From: Candidatus Sumerlaeia bacterium
GTDB lineage: Bacteria > Sumerlaeota > Sumerlaeia > SLMS01 > JANRJK01
Length of the DNA: 64,000 bases
Reading direction: 5' to 3'
Assembly (NCBI GenBank): GCA_033764015.1
Contig: JANRJK010000023.1
Location: 96,001-160,000, forward strand
In this document: positions 1-11,940 of the stretch, piece after piece
Layout: each line of letters begins with the position of its first letter
How positions within the stretch are numbered: position 1 is the stretch's first letter
The notes under the pieces: generated by a model
The model's database searches: none
The model's input: the letters and a program-made list of their open reading frames with translations, nothing else
Told to the model about the DNA's origin: nothing
Made by a program: the position numbers and the translations under genes

Positions 1-341
1 AGCGCGAGCAGTTCGGGCGCCCCATCGCGCAGTTCCAGGCGATCCAGTTCAAGATCGCCGACATGGCGACCAAGATCCACGCCGCGCGCCTCATGGTCGA
101 GCGCGCCGCCGCCGTGAAGGAGTCCACCGGCAAGTCCGGCCACGACGGCTCCATGGCCAAGCTCTTCGCCTCCGAAATCAGCGTGCAGGTCGCCGAGGAG
201 GCCATCCAGATCCACGGCGGCTACGGCTACACCAAGGACTTCCTGGTCGAGAAGTACTGGCGCGACTCGAAGCTCCTCACGATCGGCGAGGGCACCAGCG
301 AGGTGCAGCGCCTCATCATCGCGAAGCACATGCTGGCCTGA
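1..341 (+). CDS. Acyl-CoA dehydrogenase, C-terminal part (5'-truncated by window)
   Basis: Open frame from base 3: [21 protein letters not shown]...[10 protein letters not shown]...[10 protein letters not shown], the ACAD C-terminal signature. Lies upstream of etfBA. Confidence 0.95.
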   Translation, partial: REQFGRPIAQFQAIQFKIADMATKIHAARLMVERAAAVKESTGKSGHDGSMAKLFASEISVQVAEEAIQIHGGYGYTKDFLVEKYWRDSKLLTIGEGTSEVQRLIIAKHMLA

Positions 342-387
342 CAGGGCCGTTGACACAGTCAAGATTCCAGACGGGAAACCGACGCAC

Positions 388-1173
388 ATGGGCATCAACA
401 TCGTCTGCCTCGTGAAGGCCACGCTGCCGACGGAGGCGAAGATCGCGCTCGACGCGAAGGGCCGCGCCGCCGACGAGCGCGCCAAGCCGATCATCAACCC
501 CTACGACGAGTTCGCCGTCGAGGAGGCGGTCAAGCTCCGCGAGTCCGGTGCCGCCGACAAGGCGACGCTGCTCTGCGTCGGCTCCGCGAAGGCCGCCCTC
601 GAACCGATCCAGCGCGGCCTCGCCATGGGCGCCGACGACGCCATCCTCGTCGACACCGGCGACCGCCACCCGCTCGAACTCGACGGCGCCGCGACCGCCG
701 CCGCCATCGCCGCGGTCCTCAAGACCATCCCCTTCGACCTGGTCCTCTGCGGCCGGGTCGCGGTCGACACTGGCGCGGCGGAGGTCCCCGGCCGCGTCGC
801 CGAGCTCCTCGGTCTTCCGCTCGCCCAGGTCGTGAACAAGCTGGACGTCGCCCCCGGCCGCGCCACCGCGCACCGCGAGGCGGACGGACGGACGGAAGTG
901 GTCGAGCTGGCCCTCCCCGCCATCGCCACCGCCGACAAGGGCCTCAACAAGCCGCGCTACCCGAACCTGCCCAGCATCATGAAGGCGAAGAAGAAGCCCG
1001 TCGACACCCGCCCCCTCGAGGCGGTCCTCGGCGGCGCTCCGCAGGCGACGCGCCGCGTCGTCGCGAACGAGCTCCCCCCCGGCAAGGGCCCCGTCCGCAT
1101 GGTCGCCGGCGCCCCGGCGGAAGCGGCCCGCGCCCTCGTCGGCGCGCTCCGCGACGAAGCGAAGGTCCTCTAA
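388..1173 (+). CDS. etfB: Electron transfer flavoprotein beta subunit
   Basis: INPYDEFAVEEA, LAMGADDA and NKPRYPNLPSIMKAKKKP motifs. Confidence 0.95.
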   Translation: MGINIVCLVKATLPTEAKIALDAKGRAADERAKPIINPYDEFAVEEAVKLRESGAADKATLLCVGSAKAALEPIQRGLAMGADDAILVDTGDRHPLELDGAATAAAIAAVLKTIPFDLVLCGRVAVDTGAAEVPGRVAELLGLPLAQVVNKLDVAPGRATAHREADGRTEVVELALPAIATADKGLNKPRYPNLPSIMKAKKKPVDTRPLEAVLGGAPQATRRVVANELPPGKGPVRMVAGAPAEAARALVGALRDEAKVL

Positions 1174-1207
1174 CCAGAACCCGAACGGATTCCCGAGAGA
1201 GCACACC

Positions 1208-2197
1208 ATGTCCCAACCCCGTCCCCTAGTCCTCGTCGCGGAGCAGTTCGACGGCGCGATCCGCAAGTCCTCGCTGCAGGCGCTCGCGGCCGCGCGCCGC
1301 CTCGCCCAGGCCACCGGCGCCCCGCTGCGCGTGCTCGCCATCGGCGCCGACGCCGCCTCCGCGGCGGCGCAGCTCGGCGCCCACGGCGTCGCCAGCGTCG
1401 AGTTCGTCCGCGCCGCGGACGGCGCCGCCCGCAACGCTTCCGCCATCGTGCCGGAACTCGCCAAGGCCATCGGCGCGGCGGAGCAGATCGTCCTCCTCGG
1501 CATGTCGGACCTGGCGGCGGACGTCGCGCCGCGGCTGGCGGCCCGCCTCGGCGGCGCCTACATCGCCGACGCGACCGCTATCGAGGTGGTGGACGGCGCG
1601 CCGCGCTTCCGCCGGCCCATCTACGCCGGAAAGGCCCTCGAACAGGTCGAGATCCTCGGCAAGGGCGCCGTCGCCACGCTCCGCGCCAACGCCTTCCCCA
1701 CGCCGGACTCCAACGGCGGCGGCGCCGCGCAGGTGGTCGAACTCGGCAGCGCCACCGGCGACGGCCTGAAGGCGGTCGTGAAGGACATCGTGAAGAAGTC
1801 GGGCCTCGACGCGGTCAGCCTCACGGAGGCCGACATCATCGTGAGCGGCGGCATCGGCGTCGGCGGGCCGGAGGGCTACGAGCCGCTCAAGAAGCTGTGC
1901 TCCGTGCTCGGCGCGGCGCTCGGCGCCTCCCGCGCGGCGGTCCACGCCGGCTGGATCGAGGAATCGCACCAGGTGGGCCAGACCGGCAAGACCGTGAGCC
2001 CGAACCTCTACATCGCGTGCGGCATCAGCGGCGCCATCCAGCACCAGGCCGGCATGCGCACCAGCCGCTGCATCGTCGCGGTCAACACGGACCCGTCGGC
2101 GCCGATCTTCCAACTGGCGCACTACGGCATCGTCGGCGATGTGAAGCAGGTGGTGCCGGAGCTGGCGCGCGAGTTCGAAGCGGCGCTGCGCCCGTAG
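1208..2197 (+). CDS. etfA: Electron transfer flavoprotein alpha subunit
   Basis: FAD-binding signature GASRAAV...[29 protein letters not shown]. Confidence 0.95.
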   Translation: MSQPRPLVLVAEQFDGAIRKSSLQALAAARRLAQATGAPLRVLAIGADAASAAAQLGAHGVASVEFVRAADGAARNASAIVPELAKAIGAAEQIVLLGMSDLAADVAPRLAARLGGAYIADATAIEVVDGAPRFRRPIYAGKALEQVEILGKGAVATLRANAFPTPDSNGGGAAQVVELGSATGDGLKAVVKDIVKKSGLDAVSLTEADIIVSGGIGVGGPEGYEPLKKLCSVLGAALGASRAAVHAGWIEESHQVGQTGKTVSPNLYIACGISGAIQHQAGMRTSRCIVAVNTDPSAPIFQLAHYGIVGDVKQVVPELAREFEAALRP

Positions 2198-2200
2198 CGG

Positions 2201-2603
2201 CTAGCGCGCCTGCGGCACGCCGAGGCGCTCCGCGAAGCTCGTGTACCCGACGGCGGTGGTGGTGGTGAGCCGCCCCGCCTCGTCGACCCAGTAGCGTCCG
2301 CCGTCGCCGGAGCGCGGCAGCCCGTCGAGCACCACGCGGAGCCGCTCCGGCGCGATGCGGCCCCCCTCCAGCGTGGCCGCCATGTAGGCCATCTCCGCCT
2401 GCCGCAGGTTCAGCGTGGCGACCGCGCTCCGCGCCCGGTCCACCGCGGTCTCCTGGAAGCTCTTCCCCGTCTCCGGCTGCGGCTCGAAGTACTCCTTCGA
2501 GAGGATCATCACGATCATCACGGCCATCAGGACGGAGAGGATGGTGAATCCCCGGCGCGGGCGTGCCGGGGATCCGTTCCAACGGTTGCGGAGGCCGCTC
2601 CGG

Positions 2604-2611
<8 letters not shown>
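2201..2611 (-). CDS. Small prepilin-like membrane protein
   Basis: RRG|FTILSVLMAVMIVMIL class III signal-like segment. GTG start overlaps the pckA stop; start uncertain. Confidence 0.55.
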
Positions 2612-4193
<1,582 letters not shown>

Positions 4194-4388
4194 GGAGGAG
4201 GCTCCTATTTGCGACTTGAAGGATAGCTGACCTGCGGGTTCGCGGATAGCAACCGAATCCCCGGTAGCCGGCGCGCGCAGGTATGGATCGCGTGGCATGC
4301 GCCCGAACATAAAGGGCTTAACCTTCCCGCCGCGCCGGAGCAATGCCGTTCTGGGGCGCTGCGGCGCCCGCAAGCGCCGCACCGCCGC

Positions 4389-5954
4389 CTACCCCGCCGC
4401 CGACTCCCGCTCGACCACCTCCAGCCGGTGGATCCGCTGCAGCAGGAAGTTCGGAAGCCCGAACGCGAGGCTCGCCAGCAGCGCCGCGGAAACCCCCGTC
4501 GCCCCGGCCAACCCGATGCCCCCCGTCAACGAGGCCACGGCCCCCGCCGAGGCGACGGTCCCCACGATCAGCCGCCCGCGCCGCGGCACGAGGAGCGCGC
4601 ACAGCGCCAGGAACACGACGAGCGGCAGGGCGTGCTCGAAGAGGATCCGCACCACCTCCATCAAGGAGTCGAACCGCGTGAACCTCGGACCCCCCCCGGA
4701 TCGCCAACCGAAGTCCGAGCCGACGTAGTAGCTCAGCGCCGCCCCGGAGACGAAACCCGCCGAGAGCGGGAGGCCGTAGAGCGCCAGCGCCCGGCGGACC
4801 CAGCCCGCCGGCACGGGGAACGGCAGCCGTCCCGGGCTGCGCGACACGCGCAGGAACACGAGCACCGGGGCGATGAACGCGACCGCATGCGGGGCGGCGA
4901 CCAAGAACTTGCCGACAAGGGAGTCGCCGGCGCTTTCTCCCCACCCCATCGACCCCGACGGACCTCCTCGAAAGAACCGGCCCCAAGGCATCGCCGCGAA
5001 AAGAACGGCCACCGCCGCGAATGAATAGATCGCGGTCCCCGCGAAGGAACCCACGATCGCGCGGCGGGACCGGACCCATTCATCCGCGGTCGCCAGCCGG
5101 ACCTCCGCGCGGCCGATCCACGACTGCTGCCGCCAGCGGTCCTCGTCCGTGTTGCGGAAGATGAACAGCGGGGCGTGCTCGCGCAGCGCGAGGTAGGAGA
5201 GGGCTGCCAAAGCGGCTAGGAACGTCACCAAGAATGCCGCCGCCTCCAAGGTCCCGAAGCCGCCCCAACCGCGCCGCCAGCTTCCCTGGGCGTGGAAGCT
5301 GGCCCCGCAGGCCAGGAGGAGCAGGAGGATCGCGGCCCAGATCCACGTCAGCGCCACGGCGGCGAACCAATGCCACTCCCGGGTGAGCCGCTGCCAAAGG
5401 GTGCCGCGCAGCGCGACGACCGCGATCGAACCCGCGAGCAGCGGCACCGTGAGCGCCTTCGCGGCGATCGAATCGGGAGCCCAGTCCGCCCAGGCGGGGC
5501 GAGGCTCGATGGTCGTGATCGAGGCGGTCACGGAAGCGATGATCGCCGACTGCGCGAGCCAGGCGGCACCGCAGACCGCGAGCGGCCAGAAAACCGCCCC
5601 GAAGACCAGCGCCTCCTTCGGATACGGCAGGAGCTGGAACTCCTCTTCGCGCTGGCGGATCACGCCGAGGAAGCTCAATCCACCGGCGAGCAGCGGGAAC
5701 AGGATGAGCACCGTGCCGAAGGCGACCCCCTGCGCGAGCGCCAGCCCCGCCTCGACATTCATGATGGGAAAGCCGGCCAGACGCAGCGACCGTTGGACGG
5801 GCGGCATCAAGGGCACCGCCGGGAGCAGCGCAACCAGCAGGACCGCCAGCGCCAGAACCACCAGCGCAGCGCGCTCCGCCCAGCCCCGGCGCCAAGGCGC
5901 GCCGTAGCGGACCACCGGGTTGTCCAGCACCCACTCGCGGAACCAAGCCGCCAC
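4389..5954 (-). CDS. Multi-pass membrane protein (ABC-2 permease-like)
   Basis: Many hydrophobic segments and an N-terminal 'DNPVV' typical of ABC-2-type permease-like proteins. Function unresolved. Confidence 0.55.
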   Translation of the reverse strand: MAAWFREWVLDNPVVRYGAPWRRGWAERAALVVLALAVLLVALLPAVPLMPPVQRSLRLAGFPIMNVEAGLALAQGVAFGTVLILFPLLAGGLSFLGVIRQREEEFQLLPYPKEALVFGAVFWPLAVCGAAWLAQSAIIASVTASITTIEPRPAWADWAPDSIAAKALTVPLLAGSIAVVALRGTLWQRLTREWHWFAAVALTWIWAAILLLLLACGASFHAQGSWRRGWGGFGTLEAAAFLVTFLAALAALSYLALREHAPLFIFRNTDEDRWRQQSWIGRAEVRLATADEWVRSRRAIVGSFAGTAIYSFAAVAVLFAAMPWGRFFRGGPSGSMGWGESAGDSLVGKFLVAAPHAVAFIAPVLVFLRVSRSPGRLPFPVPAGWVRRALALYGLPLSAGFVSGAALSYYVGSDFGWRSGGGPRFTRFDSLMEVVRILFEHALPLVVFLALCALLVPRRGRLIVGTVASAGAVASLTGGIGLAGATGVSAALLASLAFGLPNFLLQRIHRLEVVERESAAG

Positions 5955-5976
5955 CGCCCCGCCCTCCCGCGCCCGG

Positions 5977-6978
5977 TCAGGTTCCCGCTGGTTTCGCTTT
6001 CATCCCCAGCAGCTCGCGCAGCCGGGCCCCCTCGTCGCCCCAAAGCTCCATCGGGTGCCCCTGCCACACCACCTTCCCGTCCGGGTCCGCGAGGAAGCCG
6101 TGCGGGATGCCGCGGATCTGGAGCTGCTGCATCATGGTGCCCTTCGAGTCCACGCCGATCGGCTGCTTCCAGCCCTGCTTCTTGACGAAGGTCTCGACCG
6201 TCTTCGTGTCCTCGTCGGAGACCGCGACGGTGACGAGGTGCGCGTCGAACTCGTGGTGCATCGATTCGGCGACCTTCAGCGTCGAGATGCACGGCCCGCA
6301 CCAGGTGGCCCAGAAGTCGTACAGGACGAACTTCCCGTTCCAATCCTCCCGGGGCGGCGCGGCGTTGATCCACTGCTCGACGGGGACCTCGGGCGCCTGC
6401 CGCCCGCGGATGTCCACGGCGCCGAGCTGCTCGGAAACGCCGCCGCCCCCCGCGGTCGGGAGGGACTCCGCGCGGCCCTCGGCCACCGCCTCCAGCGCCG
6501 CGCGCCACTCCGCCTCGCGCCCCGGCGCGAAGCCCGCCCCGCGGTAGCGCACCGCGCCCGCCGCGTCGAGCACCAGCACGCGCGGCACACCGCGCTCCGC
6601 CGCCGCCTGGAACATCGCGCTGTCCGGATCCGCCAGCACCGGGAACGTGAGGAGATGCGTCTTCGCCAGCGCTTCCGCCGACTCCTTCGTTGCGCCGGAG
6701 ACCACCGCGACGACGCGGACGCCCTTCTCCGCCAGCGGCGCGGCGATGTACTCCTGCACCGCCTGCAGCGCCGAGACGGAGCGCGGCGACGTCGACCCGG
6801 CGAACAGCACCAGCGTGGCCTTCTCGCCGAAGAACCCGGGCCCCGCGAGCCCCCGGTGCGCGTCGAGCGCCGCGTAGGGCTTGCCGATCTCCGCCTTCCA
6901 GCCGTCCTGCGCCGGATTCGGCCCCGCCGCCAGCAGCAGCAGCAGGGGAATCATCCATCGAAGTCCGCGTCGCGCCAT
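5977..6978 (-). CDS. Exported two-domain redoxin/TlpA-family protein
   Basis: Signal peptide. First thioredoxin-like domain lacks CxxC; second has YDFWATWCGPC and IRGIPH. Confidence 0.85.
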   Translation of the reverse strand: MARRGLRWMIPLLLLLAAGPNPAQDGWKAEIGKPYAALDAHRGLAGPGFFGEKATLVLFAGSTSPRSVSALQAVQEYIAAPLAEKGVRVVAVVSGATKESAEALAKTHLLTFPVLADPDSAMFQAAAERGVPRVLVLDAAGAVRYRGAGFAPGREAEWRAALEAVAEGRAESLPTAGGGGVSEQLGAVDIRGRQAPEVPVEQWINAAPPREDWNGKFVLYDFWATWCGPCISTLKVAESMHHEFDAHLVTVAVSDEDTKTVETFVKKQGWKQPIGVDSKGTMMQQLQIRGIPHGFLADPDGKVVWQGHPMELWGDEGARLRELLGMKAKPAGT

Positions 6979-7117
6979 GTCAGTGCCCCGTGTGTGGTGG
7001 ATCGCCTTCAGGGCAACACGGACCGCGGCGACCCGCAACGGGATTGCGCCGCCGCGGTTGCGCCCTCCGCGGGGGGCTGGTCCGCTGATGCGACCCCCGC
7101 GCCGGAAGGCCGTCCCG

Positions 7118-8014
7118 ATGCTCAAGCTCCTCTGCTCCGCCAAGATCAACCTCACGCTGGATGTGCTCCGGCGCCGCGAGGACGGCTTCCACGAGATCGA
7201 CACGGTCTTCCAGAGCGTCGGCCTCTGCGACGAGCTCTGGGCGGAGCGCAAGACCTCCGGCGAAGACGAGCTGGTCGTGGACGGGGCCGAGTCCGCGGGC
7301 GTGCCGGCGGACGGCGCCAACCTCGCGCTGCGCGCCGTGGCCGCGTACCGCGAGCGGCTCGGCGGGGGGCGTCCGCTGCGTCTGAAGCTGACGAAGAACA
7401 TCCCCCACGGCGCGGGCCTCGGCGGCGGTAGCTCGAACGCCGCGGCGGCGCTCTTCGCCGCGCACCGCCTCTGGGCGTCCTCGCTTCCGCCGGAGGAGCT
7501 CGAGGCGCTGGCGGCGGCGATCGGCAGCGATTGCGCCTTCTTCCTGCGTGGCGGCGCCGCGCGCGGCACGGGGCGCGGCGAGCTGCTCGCGCGCCTCCCG
7601 CTGAAGCGCGCCGCCGGCGTGGTCCTCGCCGTGCCGCAGGATCGCGTCGCCACCGCCGGCGCCTACCGCGGCCTCGATCCGGAGCGCGACTTCGGCGCCC
7701 GCAGCGACGCGGAGCAGGCGGCCCGCTGGCTCGCCGGCGCGTCGGACGACCCCGGCGCCTGGCACAACGCCTTCGAGCGCAGCGTCTTCGATTCGCACCC
7801 CGCCTGCGGGGCACTGGCCTTCCGCCTCGGCGAGCTCGGCGCGCTGCGCGCCGGCCTCAGCGGCAGCGGCTCCGCCTGCTACGGCGTCTTCGCCGACTGG
7901 CCCGCGGCCCGGGCCGCCGCGGAATCCCTCGCCGGCGCCGCCCCCGTGGTCCGCGCCGTGCCCTTCATGGACCGGTCCCTCGTCGTGATGGAAGACGCGG
8001 AGGCGCGCCGCTAG
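7118..8014 (+). CDS. ispE: 4-diphosphocytidyl-2-C-methyl-D-erythritol kinase
   Basis: AKINLTLDVL..DGFHEI, KNIPHGAGLGGGSSNAA, GSDC, LSGSGS. Confidence 0.95.
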   Translation: MLKLLCSAKINLTLDVLRRREDGFHEIDTVFQSVGLCDELWAERKTSGEDELVVDGAESAGVPADGANLALRAVAAYRERLGGGRPLRLKLTKNIPHGAGLGGGSSNAAAALFAAHRLWASSLPPEELEALAAAIGSDCAFFLRGGAARGTGRGELLARLPLKRAAGVVLAVPQDRVATAGAYRGLDPERDFGARSDAEQAARWLAGASDDPGAWHNAFERSVFDSHPACGALAFRLGELGALRAGLSGSGSACYGVFADWPAARAAAESLAGAAPVVRAVPFMDRSLVVMEDAEARR

Positions 8015-9794
8015 CGCCCGGCGGCGCCACGCTCCGCATCGGCGGGAAGATCAGGATCGAGTTCACCACCACCGGCTTCGCCCCGCGCGCATAGGTGCCG
8101 TAGGCCGCCTCGAACTCCGGCAGCAGCGCGAGGCTCACCAGCGTCGGCGCGTCCGCCCGCATCGGCCCCGCCTTCCTCGCGTAGACCGACGGCGGAAAAA
8201 GCGGGAACCCCTTCATGAAGAAGGTGAAGCGCTCCAGACCCGCGGCCTCGGGGCTAGCCATGCCGAAGTACAGCAGGTTCGCCTCGCGGTGGCCCTGCCG
8301 CGCCAGCTCGCGCGCCGCCTCCCCCAGGCTCTCCCCCCAGTCCACGTTGCTGTCGGACAGGATCGCGCGCGCGTTCTTCGGCGAATGGTTCACCAGCACG
8401 TTGAAGTACGTCGCCTGGAACGGGTGCGACACCAGCGCGCTGGTCGCCGCGATCGAGAGGATCAGCACCGCGAAGCCACGCCGCAGCCCCCCCGCGTTGG
8501 TGAACTTCCCGAGGATCATCCCGAGGATCACGCACCATGGGAAGTAGATGAACAGCACGTGCCGGTGCCCGATGTTCAGGCCCGAGGCGGCGACGATCGC
8601 GAACAGCAGCAGGAACGGCGCGACCAGCACGAACGCGCGCTCGCGCCGCCAGGTGCGCGCGTCCAGCATCCGCTTCCACACCAGCAACAGGCCGTGGAGC
8701 CCCCCCAGCAGGTAGATCACCGGCGTCTTCAGCAGCACCGTCACGAAATAGTATTGGGGATAGCCCTGGTCGGAGGACTGCCCGAGGAGGAACGAGCGGC
8801 GCTCGCCGACCATCCCCGCGGTGTTGATCGGCGCCAGCGCGGTCTCGGGCAGCAGCCGCGCCGCGCGGAGCCGGTCCGTCGCCCGCAGCAGCGCGCCGCG
8901 CGGCACCTCCGCGGGGGGCTGCGCGTAGGCCGCGGGGCGCTCCAGCAGCGGCTCGCGCCGGTCGCTCCGGAACTGGAACCCCGAACCCGCCCACGCCGCC
9001 GCGAAGCCGAACACCGCCAGCGCGCCCAGCGCCGCCGCGAGCGCCACGCCGTCCGGTCGCGGCGCCGCCGGCGTGCTGCCGTAGCGCTTCGGGCGCACGC
9101 GGTTCAGCAGCCAGATCGCCGCCAGCACCGCGAACTGCAGCACCGCGAACACCGCCACCGGCAGCTTCACCAGCGAGCCGATCCCCGCCGCTGCGCCGAA
9201 CAGCAGCAGCCGCGCCGTGGTGGGCCGCTTCCACCAGCGCCACGCCGCCAGCGAAACCGCCGCGCAACCCGCCAGCATCGGAACGTCGAACGTCGCGTAG
9301 CGCGCGTGGCCAAGGTACTCGGGATAGAAGAGCAGCAGCGAAAAGGCGAAGAATCCCGCGCGGCGCCCGCCGATTTCCGCCGCCCAGGCCCACGCCAGCA
9401 CGCCACCCAGCAGCCCGATCCCGATCGGGACCAGCCGCCCCAGCAGCAGCATCCGCGACGGGTCGGCGCCCGTGTGGTACAGCACGCGGTAGCCCCAGCT
9501 CCACTGGTCCCCCGCGCGCCACGACGCCACCTCCCCCGGGTCCGGCGGCGTTCCGCCGCCGAACAGCGCCATCGGCAGCGCGAAGAGCGTCTTCGCGAGC
9601 GGCGGGTGCTCCGGGTTGAAGCGCAGGTCGCCGTACTCCGCGATGGCGTAGCCCGAGCCGAGGTGCGGCACCTCGTCGATCGTGGCCGATAGACGCCGCG
9701 CGCCGTCCAGCGCCAGCAGCAGCCACACGAACGCCACCGCCGCGCCGGCGAGGTACTCCCACGCGATCCGCGCGCGGCGGCTACCGGCGCTCAA
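7965..9794 (-). CDS. GT-C (ArnT/PMT, family 39-like) membrane glycosyltransferase
   Basis: SATIDE, NPEHPPLAK, multiple TM helices, DSNVDWG. TTG start overlaps the upstream TGA. Confidence 0.8.
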   Translation of the reverse strand: MSAGSRRARIAWEYLAGAAVAFVWLLLALDGARRLSATIDEVPHLGSGYAIAEYGDLRFNPEHPPLAKTLFALPMALFGGGTPPDPGEVASWRAGDQWSWGYRVLYHTGADPSRMLLLGRLVPIGIGLLGGVLAWAWAAEIGGRRAGFFAFSLLLFYPEYLGHARYATFDVPMLAGCAAVSLAAWRWWKRPTTARLLLFGAAAGIGSLVKLPVAVFAVLQFAVLAAIWLLNRVRPKRYGSTPAAPRPDGVALAAALGALAVFGFAAAWAGSGFQFRSDRREPLLERPAAYAQPPAEVPRGALLRATDRLRAARLLPETALAPINTAGMVGERRSFLLGQSSDQGYPQYYFVTVLLKTPVIYLLGGLHGLLLVWKRMLDARTWRRERAFVLVAPFLLLFAIVAASGLNIGHRHVLFIYFPWCVILGMILGKFTNAGGLRRGFAVLILSIAATSALVSHPFQATYFNVLVNHSPKNARAILSDSNVDWGESLGEAARELARQGHREANLLYFGMASPEAAGLERFTFFMKGFPLFPPSVYARKAGPMRADAPTLVSLALLPEFEAAYGTYARGAKPVVVNSILIFPPMRSVAPPGASGAPPRLPSRRGTGP

Positions 9795-10726
9795 GGCCGC
9801 TCCCCGGAAAGCGCGCGGCGCAGCGTTTCGACCGTCATGGGCGAAAAGCCCTCGTAGTGGTTGTTGATGAAGCACTGCACCGGCACGCCCCGGGAAAGCG
9901 CGGCGCGGATCCGGTCCGCCCAGCGCTCCAGGTCCGCGCGGCGGTCGAAGAGCATCGAGCCGTACTCATGGTTCAGCGCGCCGGTCAGCACGTTGTACTT
10001 CGTCGACACGTCGCCGAGCAGGCGCAGGTAGATGAACGGTCCGGTCTCCTCGATGAGCAGCGGATCGCCCTCCGCCACGCCGCGCCGCGGGTCCAGGTAG
10101 GCATCGGTCCAGGCGCGCGTGGCGCCCAGTGCGCGCAGCATCGAATTCACCGGCGCCGTGTTCCACGATGCGTGGCGGAACTCGACCGCGACCGGGAACG
10201 CGCCGCCCAAGCCCTCGAGGAGGCGGCGCAGGTGGCGCTCCGACTTCGCCGCGGTCCATGGGCCGAGCTGCAGCAGCACCGCCGCCAGCCGGTCGCCGAA
10301 GAGGGGCAGCAGCTCCGTGAGGCCGAGCCAGTCCGCGCGCGCCGCGGCGTTGTCCAGGTCGAGCTGCGCGTCGTGCGTGAGCGACTTCGGCGCCTTCAGC
10401 GCGAAGCGGAAGCCGGGCGGCGTCTCCGCCAGCCAGCGCTGCACCGTCGGCTTCGCCGGCACGCGGTAGAAGCTGCCGTCGATTTCGACCGCGTTCGCGT
10501 ACTGCGCGTAGAACGCAAGCTCGCGCCGCGGCGACAGGCCCGCGGGGTAGAACTTGCCGCGCCAGTGCTGGTGCTGGAACGCGCAGGTGCCCGCGGCGAA
10601 GTTCGCGGGGAACGCCGCGCCGGGCGCGATGCCCGAGGGCGACGGCGGCGGGCCGGGGTCCGGTTCGAGCTCCGCGAAGAGGTCGAGCTGCGGGTCGCCG
10701 GGGCGGCGCTTGCGCGGTACGCTCAC
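9791..10726 (-). CDS. DUF72 (YecE) family protein
   Basis: W.GKFYP, AVEIDGSFY, FALKAPK.LTH, VEFRH.SW, FINNHYEG. GTGA overlap with the upstream gene. Confidence 0.9.
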   Translation of the reverse strand: MSVPRKRRPGDPQLDLFAELEPDPGPPPSPSGIAPGAAFPANFAAGTCAFQHQHWRGKFYPAGLSPRRELAFYAQYANAVEIDGSFYRVPAKPTVQRWLAETPPGFRFALKAPKSLTHDAQLDLDNAAARADWLGLTELLPLFGDRLAAVLLQLGPWTAAKSERHLRRLLEGLGGAFPVAVEFRHASWNTAPVNSMLRALGATRAWTDAYLDPRRGVAEGDPLLIEETGPFIYLRLLGDVSTKYNVLTGALNHEYGSMLFDRRADLERWADRIRAALSRGVPVQCFINNHYEGFSPMTVETLRRALSGERP

Positions 10727-11799
10727 CGGCGCGCCATCCGCGCCAGGATCTCCGCCGCCGCGTCCGCCACCGCCTCCGGCGCGAGGCCGCGGAGGCAGCC
10801 CAGGTGCTCCGGCTCCGCCAGCGGGCATCGCGTCTTCCAGCACGGCATGCACGCGAGCCCGCTCCGCGCCGCGACCACCGCGTTCTCCGGAGGCCACGGG
10901 CCGTTCCGCAAGGGATCACTCGCGCCGAACACCGCCACTGTCGGCACGTCCAGCAGCGCCGCGAGGTGTGTCGGCCCCGTGTCGCCGCCGACGAACAGAT
11001 CCAGCAGCGAAACCACCGCGGCCAGCTCGCGCAGCGTCGTCGGGGGCGCCGCGAAGCCCTCCGCCCCTTCGAGGCCGGCCAGGCACTCGTCGCGCCACGC
11101 CTCCTCCTTCGGCCCCCAGATGACGACGGGGCGGAGGCCGTGGCGCTCGCGCAGCAGGCGTCCGAGGGCGGCGAAGGCGGCGGGGGACCAGCGCTTGGTG
11201 GCCCAGCCGGCGCCGAGGTTGAGCCCCGCGAGCGGCTCGCCGCGCCAACCCGCCGCGCGGAGCGACTGCGCCGCCTTGTCGCGCTCCTCCGGCCGCAGGG
11301 GGAGCCGGCCGCGCGCATCGGGGGGGGGCTCGACGCCGAGCGCCCGCAGCAGCGCCAGGTTCTTGCGGACCACATGCGCCTCCTCCGGGCCCGGCGCGAC
11401 CCGGTCCGTGGCGAGCAGGCCGCTCATCTCGCGGGCCAGCGCGCCGGCGAAGGCGACGCGCCGCGGCGCGCCGCTCGCCCGCGCCGCCATCGCCGACTTC
11501 GCCAACCCCTGCAGGTCCAGCGCCGCATCCCAGCCGTCCGCCCGCACCCGGCGGAAGTACGGCACCACTTCCCCCCGGAAACTCCGCAGGAACGAGCGCC
11601 CGCGCCAGCGCTTGCGCGGGATCGCGTACAGCGTGTCGAGCTGCGGGTGGCCCTCGAGGAAGGGCGCGCTCGTCTCCTCCACCAGCCAGCCGATCCGCGC
11701 CTCCGGCAGCGCCCGCCGCAGCGCGTCGAGCACCGGCAGCGCGTGGAGCACGTCGCCGATGGCGCTAAGGCGGACGATCAGGATTCGTGGCGGTGTCAA
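10723..11799 (-). CDS. Glycosyltransferase family 9 (LPS heptosyltransferase)
   Basis: RILIVRLSAIGDVLH, DLQGLAKS, GAGWATKRW, GDTGPTHLAA. Confidence 0.9.
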   Translation of the reverse strand: MTPPRILIVRLSAIGDVLHALPVLDALRRALPEARIGWLVEETSAPFLEGHPQLDTLYAIPRKRWRGRSFLRSFRGEVVPYFRRVRADGWDAALDLQGLAKSAMAARASGAPRRVAFAGALAREMSGLLATDRVAPGPEEAHVVRKNLALLRALGVEPPPDARGRLPLRPEERDKAAQSLRAAGWRGEPLAGLNLGAGWATKRWSPAAFAALGRLLRERHGLRPVVIWGPKEEAWRDECLAGLEGAEGFAAPPTTLRELAAVVSLLDLFVGGDTGPTHLAALLDVPTVAVFGASDPLRNGPWPPENAVVAARSGLACMPCWKTRCPLAEPEHLGCLRGLAPEAVADAAAEILARMARR

Positions 11800-11940
11800 C
11801 GGATTGGCCTCGGACTTGTTCGGAAAACCGCAGGTGGCTCCCAAGGAACAGGTTGAAACGTGCCGGGATGCCAAGCTAAGAGGTTGGCGCTGGCCGCGAT
11901 CCGTGGCGAGCGCAACATCAAGCCACAAAGGCGCCGTTGC

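Noticed and set aside
4194..4388. Riboswitch in the pckA leader (ACCTGCG/CGCAGGT stem)
   Set aside because: Only a short stem and no recognisable aptamer consensus. An Rfam search would be needed.
7965..8014. 50-bp convergent overlap of ispE and the GT-C gene
   Set aside because: Low-complexity tail extension, common in GC-rich genomes.
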